Below, one piece after another: positions 1-12,030 of a DNA stretch of 64,000 nt (the first letter of the stretch is position 1; every line of letters starts with the position of its first letter). The position numbers and the translations under genes were made by a program. The stretch spans positions 1 through 64,000 of the forward strand of contig JAGIQG010000130.1 of assembly GCA_024679065.1 (NCBI GenBank), written 5' to 3'. Source of the stretch: Sphyrna mokarran. Its lineage: Eukaryota. The notes under the pieces were generated by a model. The model was not told the DNA's origin, did not search any database, and was given only the letters and a program-made list of their open reading frames with translations.

Positions 1-244
1 TGATGTCCAACATCTAGTTCCATACGAGCAGGATTTCTGCTCACGTGATCAAGTATATTTCTCTACCAGGATCTCATTTTATCATTAACGCTTGAATAAC
101 TAACTTAAATAAATTTAAGCCGCTGTTCTTTTAACAGCTGCAGCAGAATTATTGATAAAATAACAGGTTAATATTTAAATTATTTAAAATATTTATAATT
201 TGAAGTATTACCCAGTTCTCTTTTAAAAAGGATTTGTTCATCCA

Positions 245-1400
245 TTTATTCACCAATCTTCAGCCAAAACTGCCAATGATCCATTTTAGCTCCTCTGAGG
301 GTCCCTAGCAGCACAGACGCCAATCTTCAGCCAACTCAATTCATATCAAGGGACATTAGGAAACAGCTGAAGGCACAGGAGTACGGCAAAAACTATGGAC
401 CCCTGACAATATTCCAGCAATCATACTGAAGACTTGTACTCCAGAACTAACTGCGACTCTAGCCAAGCTATTCCAGTACAGCACCAGCATCTACCTGACA
501 CTGATGCTCTGTCCAAGAAAAGCATAATGAATCAATGTGGCCAATTACTACCCCATCAGTTTGCTCTTTATCATCAGCAAAGTGACGGAAGGTGTCATTG
601 TAATACTTAAAGTGGCTCTTATCAAAAGGCTTGCGCATTTTGAGTTATGCCAGTGGCATTCTGTTTCTGACCTCATTATGTGGCCCATACGTGGATAAAA
701 GAACTGAATTCATAAGGGAAGATGAGTGACTGTCCTTGACTGAGTGTAGCATAAAGGAAGTCATTGGGAATCAGGGGGAAAAAAAAATCACCAAAAGGTG
801 GAATCATACCTGCCACAAAGGAAAATGGTTTTTGTTGTTGGAGGCAATGATCTCAGTCCCCCGGATATCACTACAGGATTTCTCAATTAATGTCCAAGGC
901 ACAAACATCTTCAGCTTTTCAATGACCTTTTTCCATCATAAGGTCAGATGTTTGCTGATGATTGCACAGTGCATAATATCATTTGCAACTCCTCAGATAC
1001 TGATGACAGTCCATGTCCAAATGTAGCAACACCTGACAGCAGTCAGGCTGGGGCTGATGAGTCATAAGGAACATTCATGCCACACAAGTGCAGGCAATGA
1101 TCATTTCCAACAAGAGGTAATCTAAGCATCTTTCCTTGAAATTCAATGGCCATTATCATTGCTGAGTTCCCCACTATCAACATCCTGGATATTAGCATGA
1201 CCTGAAACTGAACTGTAACAGCCATATAAATACAGTGGCTCAAGAGCAATTCAGAAACTGGGAATTCTGAATTCCTCCAGATTCCCCAGAGGCTGTCCAC
1301 CATTTAGAATGCACAAGTCAGCCACGTGGCAAAATACTTCCCATGTGCCTTGATGAGTGCTACTCAATAACTCGCAAAAAACTCAATACCATCCAAAACA
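245..1400 (+). mobile_element. Old degraded CR1/L2-clade LINE, RT-region fragments (paralog ~12510-13215)
   Basis: Decayed text such as 'ctatggacccctgacaatattccagcaatcatactgaagacttgtactccagaacta' (GPDNIP..LKTC.PEL-like), 'aattactaccccatcagtttgct' (NYRPISL-like) and 'atgtttgctgatgattgc' (MFADD); no open frame. Confidence 0.75.
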
Positions 1401-1419
1401 AAACAATCCATTTTTGTTT

Positions 1420-2045
1420 GTTTATGTATTAGTGTCACATATCAGCACTGCAATGAAGTTACTGTGAAAATCCCCAAGTCGCCACACTCCGGCGCATACG
1501 GGAGAGTGGGAGTTGCACCCAACCAGCACATCTTTCAATGGGAGGAAACTGGAGAACACAGAAGAAATGCATGCAGACGCGGAGAGGAGATGACCCAAAG
1601 ACAGTGGCCCAACCTGGGAGTCAAATCCAGGTTCCTGGAGCTGTGAGGTAGCAGTGTTAACCACTGTGCCACCGTGCTGCCCACTTGTTTCAGCACACCA
1701 TTCACTAACATCAACATTCATTCCCTTTATCATTTACACAGTGGTAACAGCCATTAATATATACAGGATGCATTGCAGCAATTAATGTATATATGCACTG
1801 CATATATATATATATATGTATATATAAGATGCACTGTAGTCGCCATACTCTAGTGCCTGTTCAAGTATACTGAGGGACAATTTAGCATGGCCAACGCACC
1901 TAACCATCACATCTTTCGAACTGTGAGAGGAAACCGGAGCATGCAGAGGAAACCCACGCAGCCACAGGGAGAATGTGCAAACTCCACACAGACAGTGATC
2001 CAAGCTGGGAATTCAACCCGGGTATCACTGTGCCATCGTGCCGTG
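1420..2045 (-). mobile_element. Two HE1/V-SINE-like tRNA-derived SINEs (~1420-1683, ~1825-2045); paralogs ~13225-13830 and ~22800-23480
   Basis: Reverse strand reads 'gggcagcacggtggcacagtggttaacactgctacctcacag' (A-box-like head), and the second copy 'ctgtctgtgtggagtttgcacattctccc...gggtttcctc...gctccggtttcctc', the elasmobranch V-SINE core. Confidence 0.88.
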
Positions 2046-3894
2046 ACCCAAGCTTCTTTTAAATATTTTCATGCTATGCACCACAATATTCATGAAGAAG
2101 AACTGCATCTTATTCTGCGATCCATGAATAACGCTAAACACAACTTGGGAGTGGTTACAATTGCTCAAATTTGACATTTTCACTTTCCACATTGCATTGA
2201 TTCATTGAATTTTGTTTTTGAAAAGTTCAATTTTGGGATCTGGACATTCTGGCAAAATCATCTTGATTTGCCTTTGAGAAAATGGTGGTGAACTTTGTTC
2301 CTGAATTACTACAATGCATCTGGTGGTGTCATTCCTGCAATTCTATCATTAGGTAGGGAGTTCCATGATTCTGACTCAGCATTAATGAAGGAATGGCGAT
2401 AACTCTCCCAGTCAGGATGTAGATTGACATGAATAGGTATTTTGTGTTGGTGTGCTCATGCCGCTGTTATGTTTCTCATTACTGATGGTGCAGGTCAGAA
2501 ATGAGCCACTCACCAAAGCATAGAAATAAATATCTGGCGTTTGATCTGAACTAGCAACCATAGCATTAATACAGACGGTTTAGTGAAATTGCTCCAGTTC
2601 CTGAACATTGCAACAGGACTAAAAACAGTGGTTTCATTTACAACCTGACAATGTACTATCAGATAACAAAGTATCTTGCTGTCATGAAAAGGAACACAGT
2701 CAATGGCTGATTCAGCTGCCACTACATACCTGCATGTAGTAGAAAACTTCATTGCTTTCTACCCCCCAAGCTGAGAAGTGACCAGAGCTCATTCGATGTT
2801 TTAGTGGAGTCTGTGATATTGTGTAACAGCATCTTTTATTGGGGGGCAGTGCAGATGACATATCTGGAGAGTGAACTCTTTTTCTATAAACAAAAAACAG
2901 TAACAGAAAAAAAATTAATATAATTGTCGTGGCATATCACAAGATCTATGAAACTTCAAAAAGAAATCAGTTTTCTGAAGTCTGCCAATTGTATGCATTT
3001 AGAATTAAACAAAATATTACTCACTTCATGCAAAATGAAATGCAAAGGACTGTGTGTGGTAAACCCCAATATAAGAAGAATAAACATTGATAAATATAAA
3101 ACAGAATTTAAAAATCGGGTGGGATTCTCAGACCATGCTCACTTGAAAACTAGAAAATCCCACCCAAGATCAATGGCCCTTTGCATGGTCCACCCTCCTG
3201 CCCACCGCGATTCCCATGGCAGGCAGGATGGGAGAACTCCCTCTCCAGTGGATGCAAGGCATAAACACAGGTGAACAGTGAAAAGATGTGTGAAATCATA
3301 GAGATGGGGAATTACAGTTTGAACAGAGACAGATTCATTCAATAGACTAATAAGCTGTTGTTGTCTTTGGGCACCTGCTTCTACCTTTTGGGTCTTTCTG
3401 TGTTACTGGCTTCTTCCTGCATGGCCCTCATGGTGCTGCGACATTACAATAGTGCGGAATCACGGTCATCCCTGCAAGGCTTGGCAGTGGCATCACTGAA
3501 TCCCTCACTACTAACATCCTGGGGTATATTATTGAACAGTAACAGAACTCGACCAGTCATATAAATATTGTTTCTACAACAGCAAGTCAAGCATGGAGTA
3601 GTGCAGTGAGTACGTTGTCTCCTGACTCCCCAAACTGCTTCACCATTTACAAGGACAAATCAGGATGCAATGGAATATTCTCTCCACTTGCCAGGATGAA
3701 TGCAGCTCCAACCACATTCAAGATGTTCAACACCATTCAGGACATAGTAGCTTCCTTGACCTAGTCCTTAAACATTAACCCTTCCATTTCTGGCATGTAA
3801 TGGGCACAGCATGAAAGATCTACAAGATGCACTGCTGTAATTTGCCAAGTCCTCTTTGACAGAGATCTTGGTGAGTTACAGCAATGTGTCTTTG

Positions 3895-5150
3895 ACTTCA
3901 TGTCTCACAAATTTGATTGATTTATTTGAAGGGGTAAGCAAGAAGTAGATGTGGACAGTGCAGTTGATGTTGTCTAAATGGACATTAGCAAGGCCTTTGA
4001 TAAGGTACCAGATGGTAGATTGTTGCACAAGGTTAAATCTCACAGGATCCATGGTGAGGTAGCTAAATGGCTACAAAATTTGCTTGATATCAAAAGCCAA
4101 AAGGCAGTTGTAGAGGATTGTTTTTCAAACTGGAAACCTGTAACCAATGGTGTTCCTCAGAGACTGGTGCTGGGTCCATTGTTATTTCTCATTTGTATCA
4201 ATGATTTGAATGAGAATATCTGAGGCATGGTTAATAAGTTTGCACATGACACCAAGATTGCTGGCATAATGGATAGTGAAGAAGGTTATCTTGGATTGCA
4301 GCAGGATTCTTGATCAGTTGGGCTGACAAATGGCAGATAGAACATAGAACATTACAGCGCAGAACAGGCCCTTCGGCCTTCGATGTTGCGCCGACCAATT
4401 ATGAAAAAAGCAATGACCCTCCAAACTAAACCATTCCCTTCTCTTCCATAAACTTATCAACTAACCTCTTAAACGCCACCAAACTTTGCGCATCTACAAC
4501 TGCCGCAGGCAGGGCATTCCACTCCCTCACCACCCTCTGGGTAAAGAACCTACCTCTGATATCCGTCCTATAACTATCACCCCTTAATTTAAAGCTGTGT
4601 CCCCTTGTGCTAGCTTTCTCCATTCCTAGGAAAAAGGCTATCACTGTCCACCCTATCTAAACCTCTAATCATCTTATATGTTTCGATTAGGTCCCCTCTT
4701 AGCCGCCTCTTTTCTAACGAAAACAACCTCAAATCCCTCAGCCTCTCTTCATAAGACCTGCCCTCCATACCAGTCAACATCCTGGTAAACCTCCTCTGTA
4801 CCCTCTCCAATGCCTCCACATCTTTCTTATAATGTGGGGACCAGAACTGCACACAATACTCCAAGTGTGGCCGCACTAGAGTTTTGTACACTTGCAACAT
4901 GACGTTGCGGCTCCGAAATTCAATCCCCCTACCAATAAAAGCTCAGACTCCGTATGCCTTCTTAACAACCTTATTGACTTGATTGCCTACTTTCAGGGAT
5001 CTATGCACATATACACCAAGATCCCTCTGTTCATCAACACTATTAAGAATCCTACCATTAGCCCTATACTCTACACTCCAGCCCTATACTCTAATTAGAT
5101 GGAATTTAATTAGGTAAATGCAAGATGATGCATTTTGGTAGATTGGTAGA
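3895..5150 (+). mobile_element. CR1 LINE RT fragment (3895-4337, resuming ~5096-5150) interrupted by a younger antisense CR1
   Basis: ORF 3978-4223 MDISKAFDKVPDGRLLHKVKSH...VTNGVPQRLVLGPLLFLICINDL is typical CR1 RT; the copy-2 paralog (~15450-15910) is uninterrupted. Confidence 0.9.
4338..5092 (-). mobile_element. 5'-truncated CR1 LINE 3' end, present only in block A copy 1
   Basis: ORFs 4610-4900 (LYKTLVRPHLEYCVQFWSPHYKKDVEALERVQRRFTRM) and 4426-4644 (TRGHSFKL...FFTQRVVREWNALP); repeat tail (atagaac)2 at the left end; AGAT on both sides. Confidence 0.95.
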
Positions 5151-5151
5151 G

Positions 5152-6089
5152 TCAAGTGCCTCCATATGCACTCAGCCTGAAAAAAAATTTGCAGATCTGA
5201 ATCGTGCAGTGGATGTGACTTAGCACGCCCAAAACGAACAAAGCTCTGAACTGCGCATGCACAGTTGAAATCGAATTTTAAAAAGTACATCTCTGTCAGA
5301 TAGCTCCTGTCCGCAGAAAGTGGCTGGGGAGTCAAAAGTGGGAGTGAAGGTCCCATCAGGCATCATTGTCCTCCTTATCCACTCACCACACCCCGCTACC
5401 CAAACCGATTGCACCCCGCCGCCCGGTCCCCCCACCACACCCCACTACCCAGACTGATTGTGACCCCCAATTCTCCCACCAGAGATCCATCTACCCTGCC
5501 TGCTACTGGAGAGCAATTTGGCCTTCCTCCCAACCCCTCTGCCCATTAGAGATATATCTTACTCACCTCCTTCCTTCCGCCACTCCAGAGAATGGTCTGG
5601 TCTCAGTCACATCCCCCTTCAGAGAACAATCGGTCCTCCCTCCCACCACTCCCCACCAGAGAATGATCTGACCCGCCTCGCTCCCCAAACAGTGATCTGA
5701 GTCAGAGAACCGTTGGAAGCTCTGAACTCATCTTTTCAACAGCTGGAGCACCTGATTCAGACTTTCATTCAGCAGGTTCATTTTGGCGCGATCCTGGATC
5801 GGCGAACGTGGCGGTAAAGGGGGAAATGCTGATAAAGTTGGGGAAGCAGTTCATTAATTCAATTGAAATCTGACACGGCGCGTTTTTAAAATTCTTTTCC
5901 AATTGTGCATGTGCAGTTCAGAGCTCCGATCATTTCAGGCACGCTAATCCCCACCCACAGTGCAATTCAAACCCACAATTTTTTTTTCAGGCTGAGTGCG
6001 TATGGGGGCACCGGAAAGCTGATTTCCAGTTCGGACCTGAATTATGCCCAGATTCAGCACTCAGAATGAAAATGGTTAAATCAGGTCCT
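5152..6089. mobile_element. Foldback-like non-autonomous DNA transposon (MITE-like, possibly PIF/Harbinger-related), block A copy 1
   Basis: ~5156-5300 and ~5868-6010 are inverted copies (gcactcagcctgaaaaaaaa...ctctgaactgcgcatgcacagttg vs caattgtgcatgtgcagttcagag...ttttttcaggctgagtgc); internal C-rich repeats 'ccaccagagaatgatctgacc'. Confidence 0.7.
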
Positions 6090-7019
6090 TAACTGTCATT
6101 TCTTCGCTTGTCACTGGGTTAAATCCCATGAACTCTTATGGGAGTGCCTGCATTACATAGAGTTCAGTGGTTCAAGTACAGTTAGAGTTGGGCATTATCT
6201 TGCTCGCATAAACAAATAAAAATATCTTTGAGATAATATGGCTTTCTGGAATTCTTTTTTGTTGTAATTTGAAATAAATACTTACAATAAACTCATCGTG
6301 CAAATGTTTATAACTTTTGTAGGCAATGGAATGTGTATTTTATTAATTTTATCTGTCAGGAGCTATGAAGATGCAAACATTGTTCATTAGGATAACTGAA
6401 AGGCAGAATCAAACCTTTTCGGCATGCTGTCATTGAACGATGGAGCCACCAGTTTGCAATTTTCTTGGCCGGTTGCATCTTTAATGACGGATTGTACATC
6501 CTGGAATTGGACACAAATGGAATGAATTTGACTCTCTCCAGAGCGCTATGGGTTTACAATGAGTTCTTGCATTGCGACATACAAATTTCAGAAGGCTTTT
6601 GGGAGCAATAGCCTTAAGCTCTGCAGGATTAAAACTGAGGCCATTCTCTCCCCAGGACAAAATAACCTGGGGGGAGGAATTCTCTATTAGTAAGGGATGG
6701 AATAGGCACATTCTCACCAAACTGGGCTTCCAGTTAGTTCCCATTTGGAACACTTAACTGCCCAGTCCAACAAAGCAAAAGCAATAGTGCTCCTCTACTC
6801 TTGCCAGTAATTTCAATACAATACCTTAAAACAGCATCCTCAGATCGTTAGCAATTTTACATCAGATTGTATATTCCTGTGGTTTTTCAAATGGTCATCT
6901 TGATACTGTGGACTCTCACTCACCAGGAATTATGTTAAGACCATGCAAATAAATTATGGGTAGAATGCAGCATAAGAAGCTTCTTAGCCCATTTGTTTAA
7001 ACTGGATTCAAACTCAAAG

Positions 7020-7085
7020 AGGTCTGGCAACAGTTTACCCCAGTTTACTGAGTTTACCCCAGTCCAATGCCGGCATCTCTACATC
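7020..7085 (+). mobile_element. 66-bp Penelope-like element 3' fragment with 14-bp target-site duplication
   Basis: 'attcaaactcaaag' at 7006-7019 and 7086-7099 flanks '...ttaccccagtccaatgccggcatctctacatc', the PLE end also seen at ~58710 and ~59245. Copies 2 and 3 carry a single 14-mer (empty site). Confidence 0.85.
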
Positions 7086-7964
7086 ATTCAAACTCAAAGC
7101 TCAGAGGTAAAGTGATACTGGCAGCTATTTACAAACTGAGAGTACATGGGAGGGTGGGCTGTGGGCTGGTCTGTTTCATGCAGTCAGTTTTTGAGGACAG
7201 GTCTCATTCACACTGAATAGGTGAACTGTTAGCACCAACCACAGTGTGTTCATCAGAGCTTGATAGTTGGAAGAGTGGGTAATCTGACGGAGCAGCTGAT
7301 CAGAAATCAGTTGGGTGCAGTACCTCAGAAGGAGTGGGTGAAAGTTCTGGGGATTGAAATGAAACAGTAGTTTACAACAGCAAGGAAACTGTTTCCAATC
7401 TCTGCCCCTGCCCCCTTAAACAGCAAGGAAATGTCATATTAGAAGCAAAGGTTCAAAACATGTAAGTGACCGCAGCTAAAATAAAAACCAAATTGACTTC
7501 CAGCATTCCCTAATTGAAGCTAAGGTTCATGCTCTAGACTTGTAACACCCAGAGTTTGTGGCTGGATTGAGGTGGTAGCAATGCAGAGACCAGGATGAAA
7601 ATGGAACCAATGACCTGACCCATGATTCTGGCAGGCTAAGGTGAGGTGCTATGAAAATTGGAATGGAAAGAACTCCAGCAACAAGTTAGCAATTCAGTAT
7701 TATGTGATTCTGGTTCTGTTATAACCAGTATATGTCTAAAACTAGGGCAGTAAAGAGATAAGAATCAGAAAGAGTCTTTCTGCATTTTGGGAACAAATTG
7801 GAAGAATATAGAGAAAGGTCAAATGGTTTTAACATTGAAGTCTTTGAAATAACCAAGATGTTTTATCCGACCTTGCACTGTGCTGGCATCACTCCCACAC
7901 TTGAAAGTCCACATATGCAAACCTGATCCACAGAGCTAACTCCATCTTACCTTTCTTTAAAAGT

Positions 7965-8170
7965 TTATGTATGGGTCGTAAGTCAGGCATACATGAACTC
8001 AGTGATGAAGTTACTGTGAAATTCTACTTGTTACCACATTCCAGCACCTGTTCAGGTCAATGCACCTAACCAGCATGTTTTTCAGACTATGGGGGGAAAG
8101 CAGAACACCTTGGGAAACCCACATAAATATGGAGAGAACGTGCAAGCTCCACATGGACAGTGACCCAAGC
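7965..8170 (-). mobile_element. HE1/V-SINE-like SINE (paralog ~30250-30515)
   Basis: 'gaagttactgtgaaa...gcacctaaccagcatg...gagaacgtgcaagctccacatggacagtgacccaag' is the reverse complement of the SINE core. Confidence 0.8.
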
Positions 8171-8174
8171 GTCG

Positions 8175-8790
8175 AGGTAATACTGAGGAAACAGAGGGGC
8201 TGCAGAAGGATTTGGACAGGCTAGGAGAATTGGCAAAGAAATGGCAGACGGAATACAATGTGGAAAAGTGTGTGATGTTACGCAATTTAGAAGGAGGAAT
8301 GGAGTCATAGATTATATTCTAAATGGGGAAATGTTTAGGAAATCAGAAGCGCAAAGGGACATGGGAGTCCTTGTTCATGATTCTCTTAGGTTAACATGTA
8401 GGTTCAGTCTGCATTATGAAGGCAAATGCAATATTTGCATTTATGTTGAGAAGGCTAGAATACAAAAACAGGGATGTACTTCTGAGGCTGTGAAAGGCCC
8501 TGGTCAGATCCCATCTGGAGTATTGTGAGCAGTTTTGGATCCTGTACCTCAGGAAGGATGTGCTGAAGTTGGAGGAGTCCAGAGGAGATTCACAAGAATG
8601 ATCCCTGGAATGAAGAGCTTGTTGTATGAGAAATGGTCAAAGATTCTAGGTCTGTACTCATTGGAGTTTAGAAGGAAGGGGGGTGGGGGGTGTCGGGGGG
8701 AGCGGGGGGGATCTTATTGAAACTCACAGGATACCGAGAATCCTGGATAGAGTGAATTTGGAGAGAATTCTTTCACTAATACGAAAAACT
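8175..8790 (+). mobile_element. CR1 LINE 3' fragment (paralog ~30520-31390, which keeps the 3' UTR)
   Basis: Frameshifted LQKDLDRL..W..KWQ.EYNV.KC and VQRRFTRMIPGMKSLLYE...LGLYSLEFRR motifs. Confidence 0.9.
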
Positions 8791-9494
8791 GGAAGCAGAA
8801 AACTAGAACTAGAAAATTCCATCCCCATGTCTGTTCAGGAGGCTGGGCTGGTTTGTTGTCACTGAATCAAGTGTCTCCTGCCCACTTACTGCACATTACT
8901 CACTCGGCACAACCAATCTATCAGCCTGCTTGTCCCTCACTACCCTCTCACCCACATTCCTAACTTACCCACCTCCTATGTCACCCCATGTCACCCACCC
9001 ACCCATGTCACTCGCCATTTCTGTGGCAGCAGGAAATCAGCACATCAGAAGCTCAAACTCCCTGGGATATTCCCACTGGTCCACCAGGACACCTCCTGAT
9101 GTATATCCCATCTCTGAACAGCCAGAGACAGGAAGATTTGGACCATGGATATTCCAACTTACTTCCTGTGAACATACTTATAGAATGAATTAAGAGAAAC
9201 TAAAATATTTCCATTTTTCTATGCAAATTGAAAATGAGAAAATTATGTCAAAAGAATTACACAAATGTAGGAAACGTCACTGAGGAACTGAAAGCTGTGA
9301 TATGCAACATATTTCAAGATTTCTGGCCATACTTAAAGGAATGAGGCTGTAATGATGTAACCATGTATGATGCATTGGCATTAATTTTGTAGACTAGAAG
9401 CAGATAGCCAGTAAAGCAACCCCCAAGAAAGTCTTTAGAGTTTATCATCTGTGAAAGCACTTCAGCAAAGCACACATTTAGTTACTCTCTCTGC

Positions 9495-9825
9495 TTCTCG
9501 TTTTCCTACTGGTGGACGAATCCTCTCCAAGTCCACTCTATTCAGGCCAAGCAGTATACTGTAAGTTTCAATAAGATTCCCCCTCTTCCTTCCAAACTCC
9601 AATGAGTACAGACCCAGAATCCTCTCCATTTCTCATATAACAAGCTCTTCATTCCAGGGATCATCCTTGTGAACCTCCTCTGGATCCCATCAAGACCTGC
9701 ACATCCTTTCTGAGATACAGGGCCCAAAACTGCTCACAATACTCCGAATGGGATCTGACCAGAGCCTTACACAGCCTCAGAAGTACATCTCTGCTCTTGT
9801 GTTCTAACCCTCTCACCATAAATGC
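9495..9825 (-). mobile_element. Antisense CR1 fragment (paralog ~20090-20355)
   Basis: ORF 9542-9727 contains IQRRFTRMIPGMKSLLYEKW, closely mirroring 8430-8790 in inverted orientation. Confidence 0.88.
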
Positions 9826-9919
9826 TGCGTATGTTATGGCTGCAGAGGTGGCCTGTCATTGGCTAGCAACAGGATCTTCTAATCCCATCGCTGCCAATGG
9901 GGTCATCGTTGAAAATACT

Positions 9920-12030
9920 GATTTTTGCCATGATGTGTGTCGTTCTCTGGGAAATACAATGCTTTGGGATCGCTCTGGTCCAAAAGGTGTTGCTGCAATT
10001 AGAATTGACATGAAGGGTTTATAAACTCAGTCACATAGAATTAGAAGCCCTACACAAATGTTCATAATATCACCATCAAGCACAATCATTATAATGCTAC
10101 AGCAATTCACCATTTTTAACATGTATTAGATTCAATGCACCCTTGTCTCCATAACGTTTACCAGAATTCAATCTAAAACAGTAACATGATAGGTTTCATG
10201 AAGATTTACAGTGGAAGGCAGGAGAAATGGCAAGAAACAAAACATCAGAGCAACTTATGCATGAAGCTTAAATGTCATTCTTTTACTGAAATTTATGCAG
10301 TGTCAGACATGGACACGGTCAGATATGAGGGTGGGAACATTTTCAGTTTAATTTCCTTGAATTGGAGAATTTTGCCCCAGTAAAATTGGATCTTAATTCA
10401 ATGAACTAAGTTCATTGTGGTTGATAACTGGACCAGCTAGCAGCAATATTTCCAACAACTGTTCCTAACACCAAGCACGTTCGTTTTAGGGCAGCCAGTT
10501 AACAATGGCAGAAATCTACCTACGCAATGGTAAAAGGCTACTTACAAGTGCAGGATTTTTAAAAACACACTTGTGCACTTGATGTATCGTTTGGATTGGA
10601 TCTGTAATGGAAAATTGAGAGAAATATAGTAAGATGTCATTCTTTATACCTTATATTTAGCAGCATTTTACTCATAATCATTTTCCACAGAAAGACAATT
10701 GAGAGTGTGGTGGCATATTGGTTATGTTACTGGATTTGGCTGAATGAATTAGAGTGCACAAGTTCAAATGCAACAATGACAGCTTGAAATTTAAATTAAT
10801 TAAATTCATTTTGAATAAAAGATAGTATCAAAAATGGTGATCAAAAAATAAGCAAAATGGAGCTTAAAGCCTATCTTATTTGCTAGTGCCCTTTAGGAAA
10901 GAAAACTAGCTCATCTTGCTTAATACATATGTAATTCGCACTAAGTTGATCGATCTCTACACCCTAGCTTTGACTGTAAGACCACATTCTGCACTTACCT
11001 TTTCTTCTCTCTGAACAGTATGCTTTGTCTTTATAATGCAGAAGAAACAATACTTTTCACTATAACAATACATGTGACATTAATAAATCAAATCAAAATA
11101 ATTCCAGACCCACTGCAATATGATTAATTCTTAAGTTTCTTTGTTTTTTATTGAACTGTTACATAAACGTTGGGTAGGAATTTGCACGTCCTTTCTGTGT
11201 GTTTTGTGGCAACCCGCCATTAGCTGGCGGCAGGATCTTCTCTTCCCATTTTTGTCAATGGGGTTTCTAGTTGCTGTGTCATCTGCCATGAGGTAAGCAG
11301 TGGTACAGGTAGATTATCATGATTCAATTGTCAAAGGCTGCTCTGCAAAGAATCAAGTTGTCTTTACCACAGTATCGACACCAGTGCTATTGCCCCAAAA
11401 AATGAGGGTAGGCCTGGGTAAGATGTAATGTCAAGCATTAGTGAAGAATCGATGAGTGGAATGGCCTCGTTCTGCACTGCAGTGGTTCTATCTCTGCACA
11501 GTCAATTCCTCAAGGAAGCATTTATTCTTGTTTAACATGTCTGGATCAGTTATGTAGCTGTAGGAACTGACCTAAGCAAGAATCCTATAGAGCAACAACT
11601 GCATATTTTCCCATGCATATTATCAGAATGAATGCAACTTTAGTATTGAATGCCAATTTGCAGATGTCAAATCATAAATTAAATGGATTGGGGCACAATT
11701 CATGTTTTGGAATACATATCTCCCAAAAGCTGCATTGATGATGGGGTGAGAGCTAGTGTCTACAATTGGCACATTGGTCACAAAATCTGAATGAAATGGG
11801 GCGGGGTGGGGGGGGGATGGCGGGGAGTTGTGTCTGGGGGTTTGGTGTGGAGAGTGGGAAGGAAAAACAAATTCTCCGGTCTTGCACATCCCTCTGCTGC
11901 TGCCAGTGAGAATGGAGAATTTGACGCTTAGCCTAATCTCTGTTCATAGCAGCGGACCGCAGGCAAGGTTGGAGAATTTTGGCTGTAGTCTCCCTGATAA
12001 CTAAAAGGTGAGATAAATATAAGTTTGTGT
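9920..12030 (+). repeat. Segmental duplication block B, copy 1
   Basis: 'ttttgccatgatgtgtgtcgttctctgggaaatacaatgctttgggat' matches ~40647 and stays collinear to '...ctgataactaaa' (~12000 vs ~42700). Contains a decayed tRNA-like SINE with a nested Rex/Babar tail (~10940-11100) and short MITEs. Confidence 0.92.

Larger units (their letters stand above)
1..8170 (+). repeat. Segmental duplication block A, copy 1 (may extend left of the window)
   Basis: Position 1 'tgatgtccaacatctagttccatacgagcaggatttctgctcac' matches ~12268 'tgatggccgacatttagttccatacaagcaggatttctgctcac'. The same order of LINE, SINEs, unique segments and foldback element recurs in copies 2 and 3. Confidence 0.93.

Noticed and set aside
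5390-5700. Repeat-spacer-like pattern 'ccagagaatgatctgacc'
   Set aside because: Degenerate internal repeats of a eukaryotic MITE with irregular spacing and no cas genes; not CRISPR.
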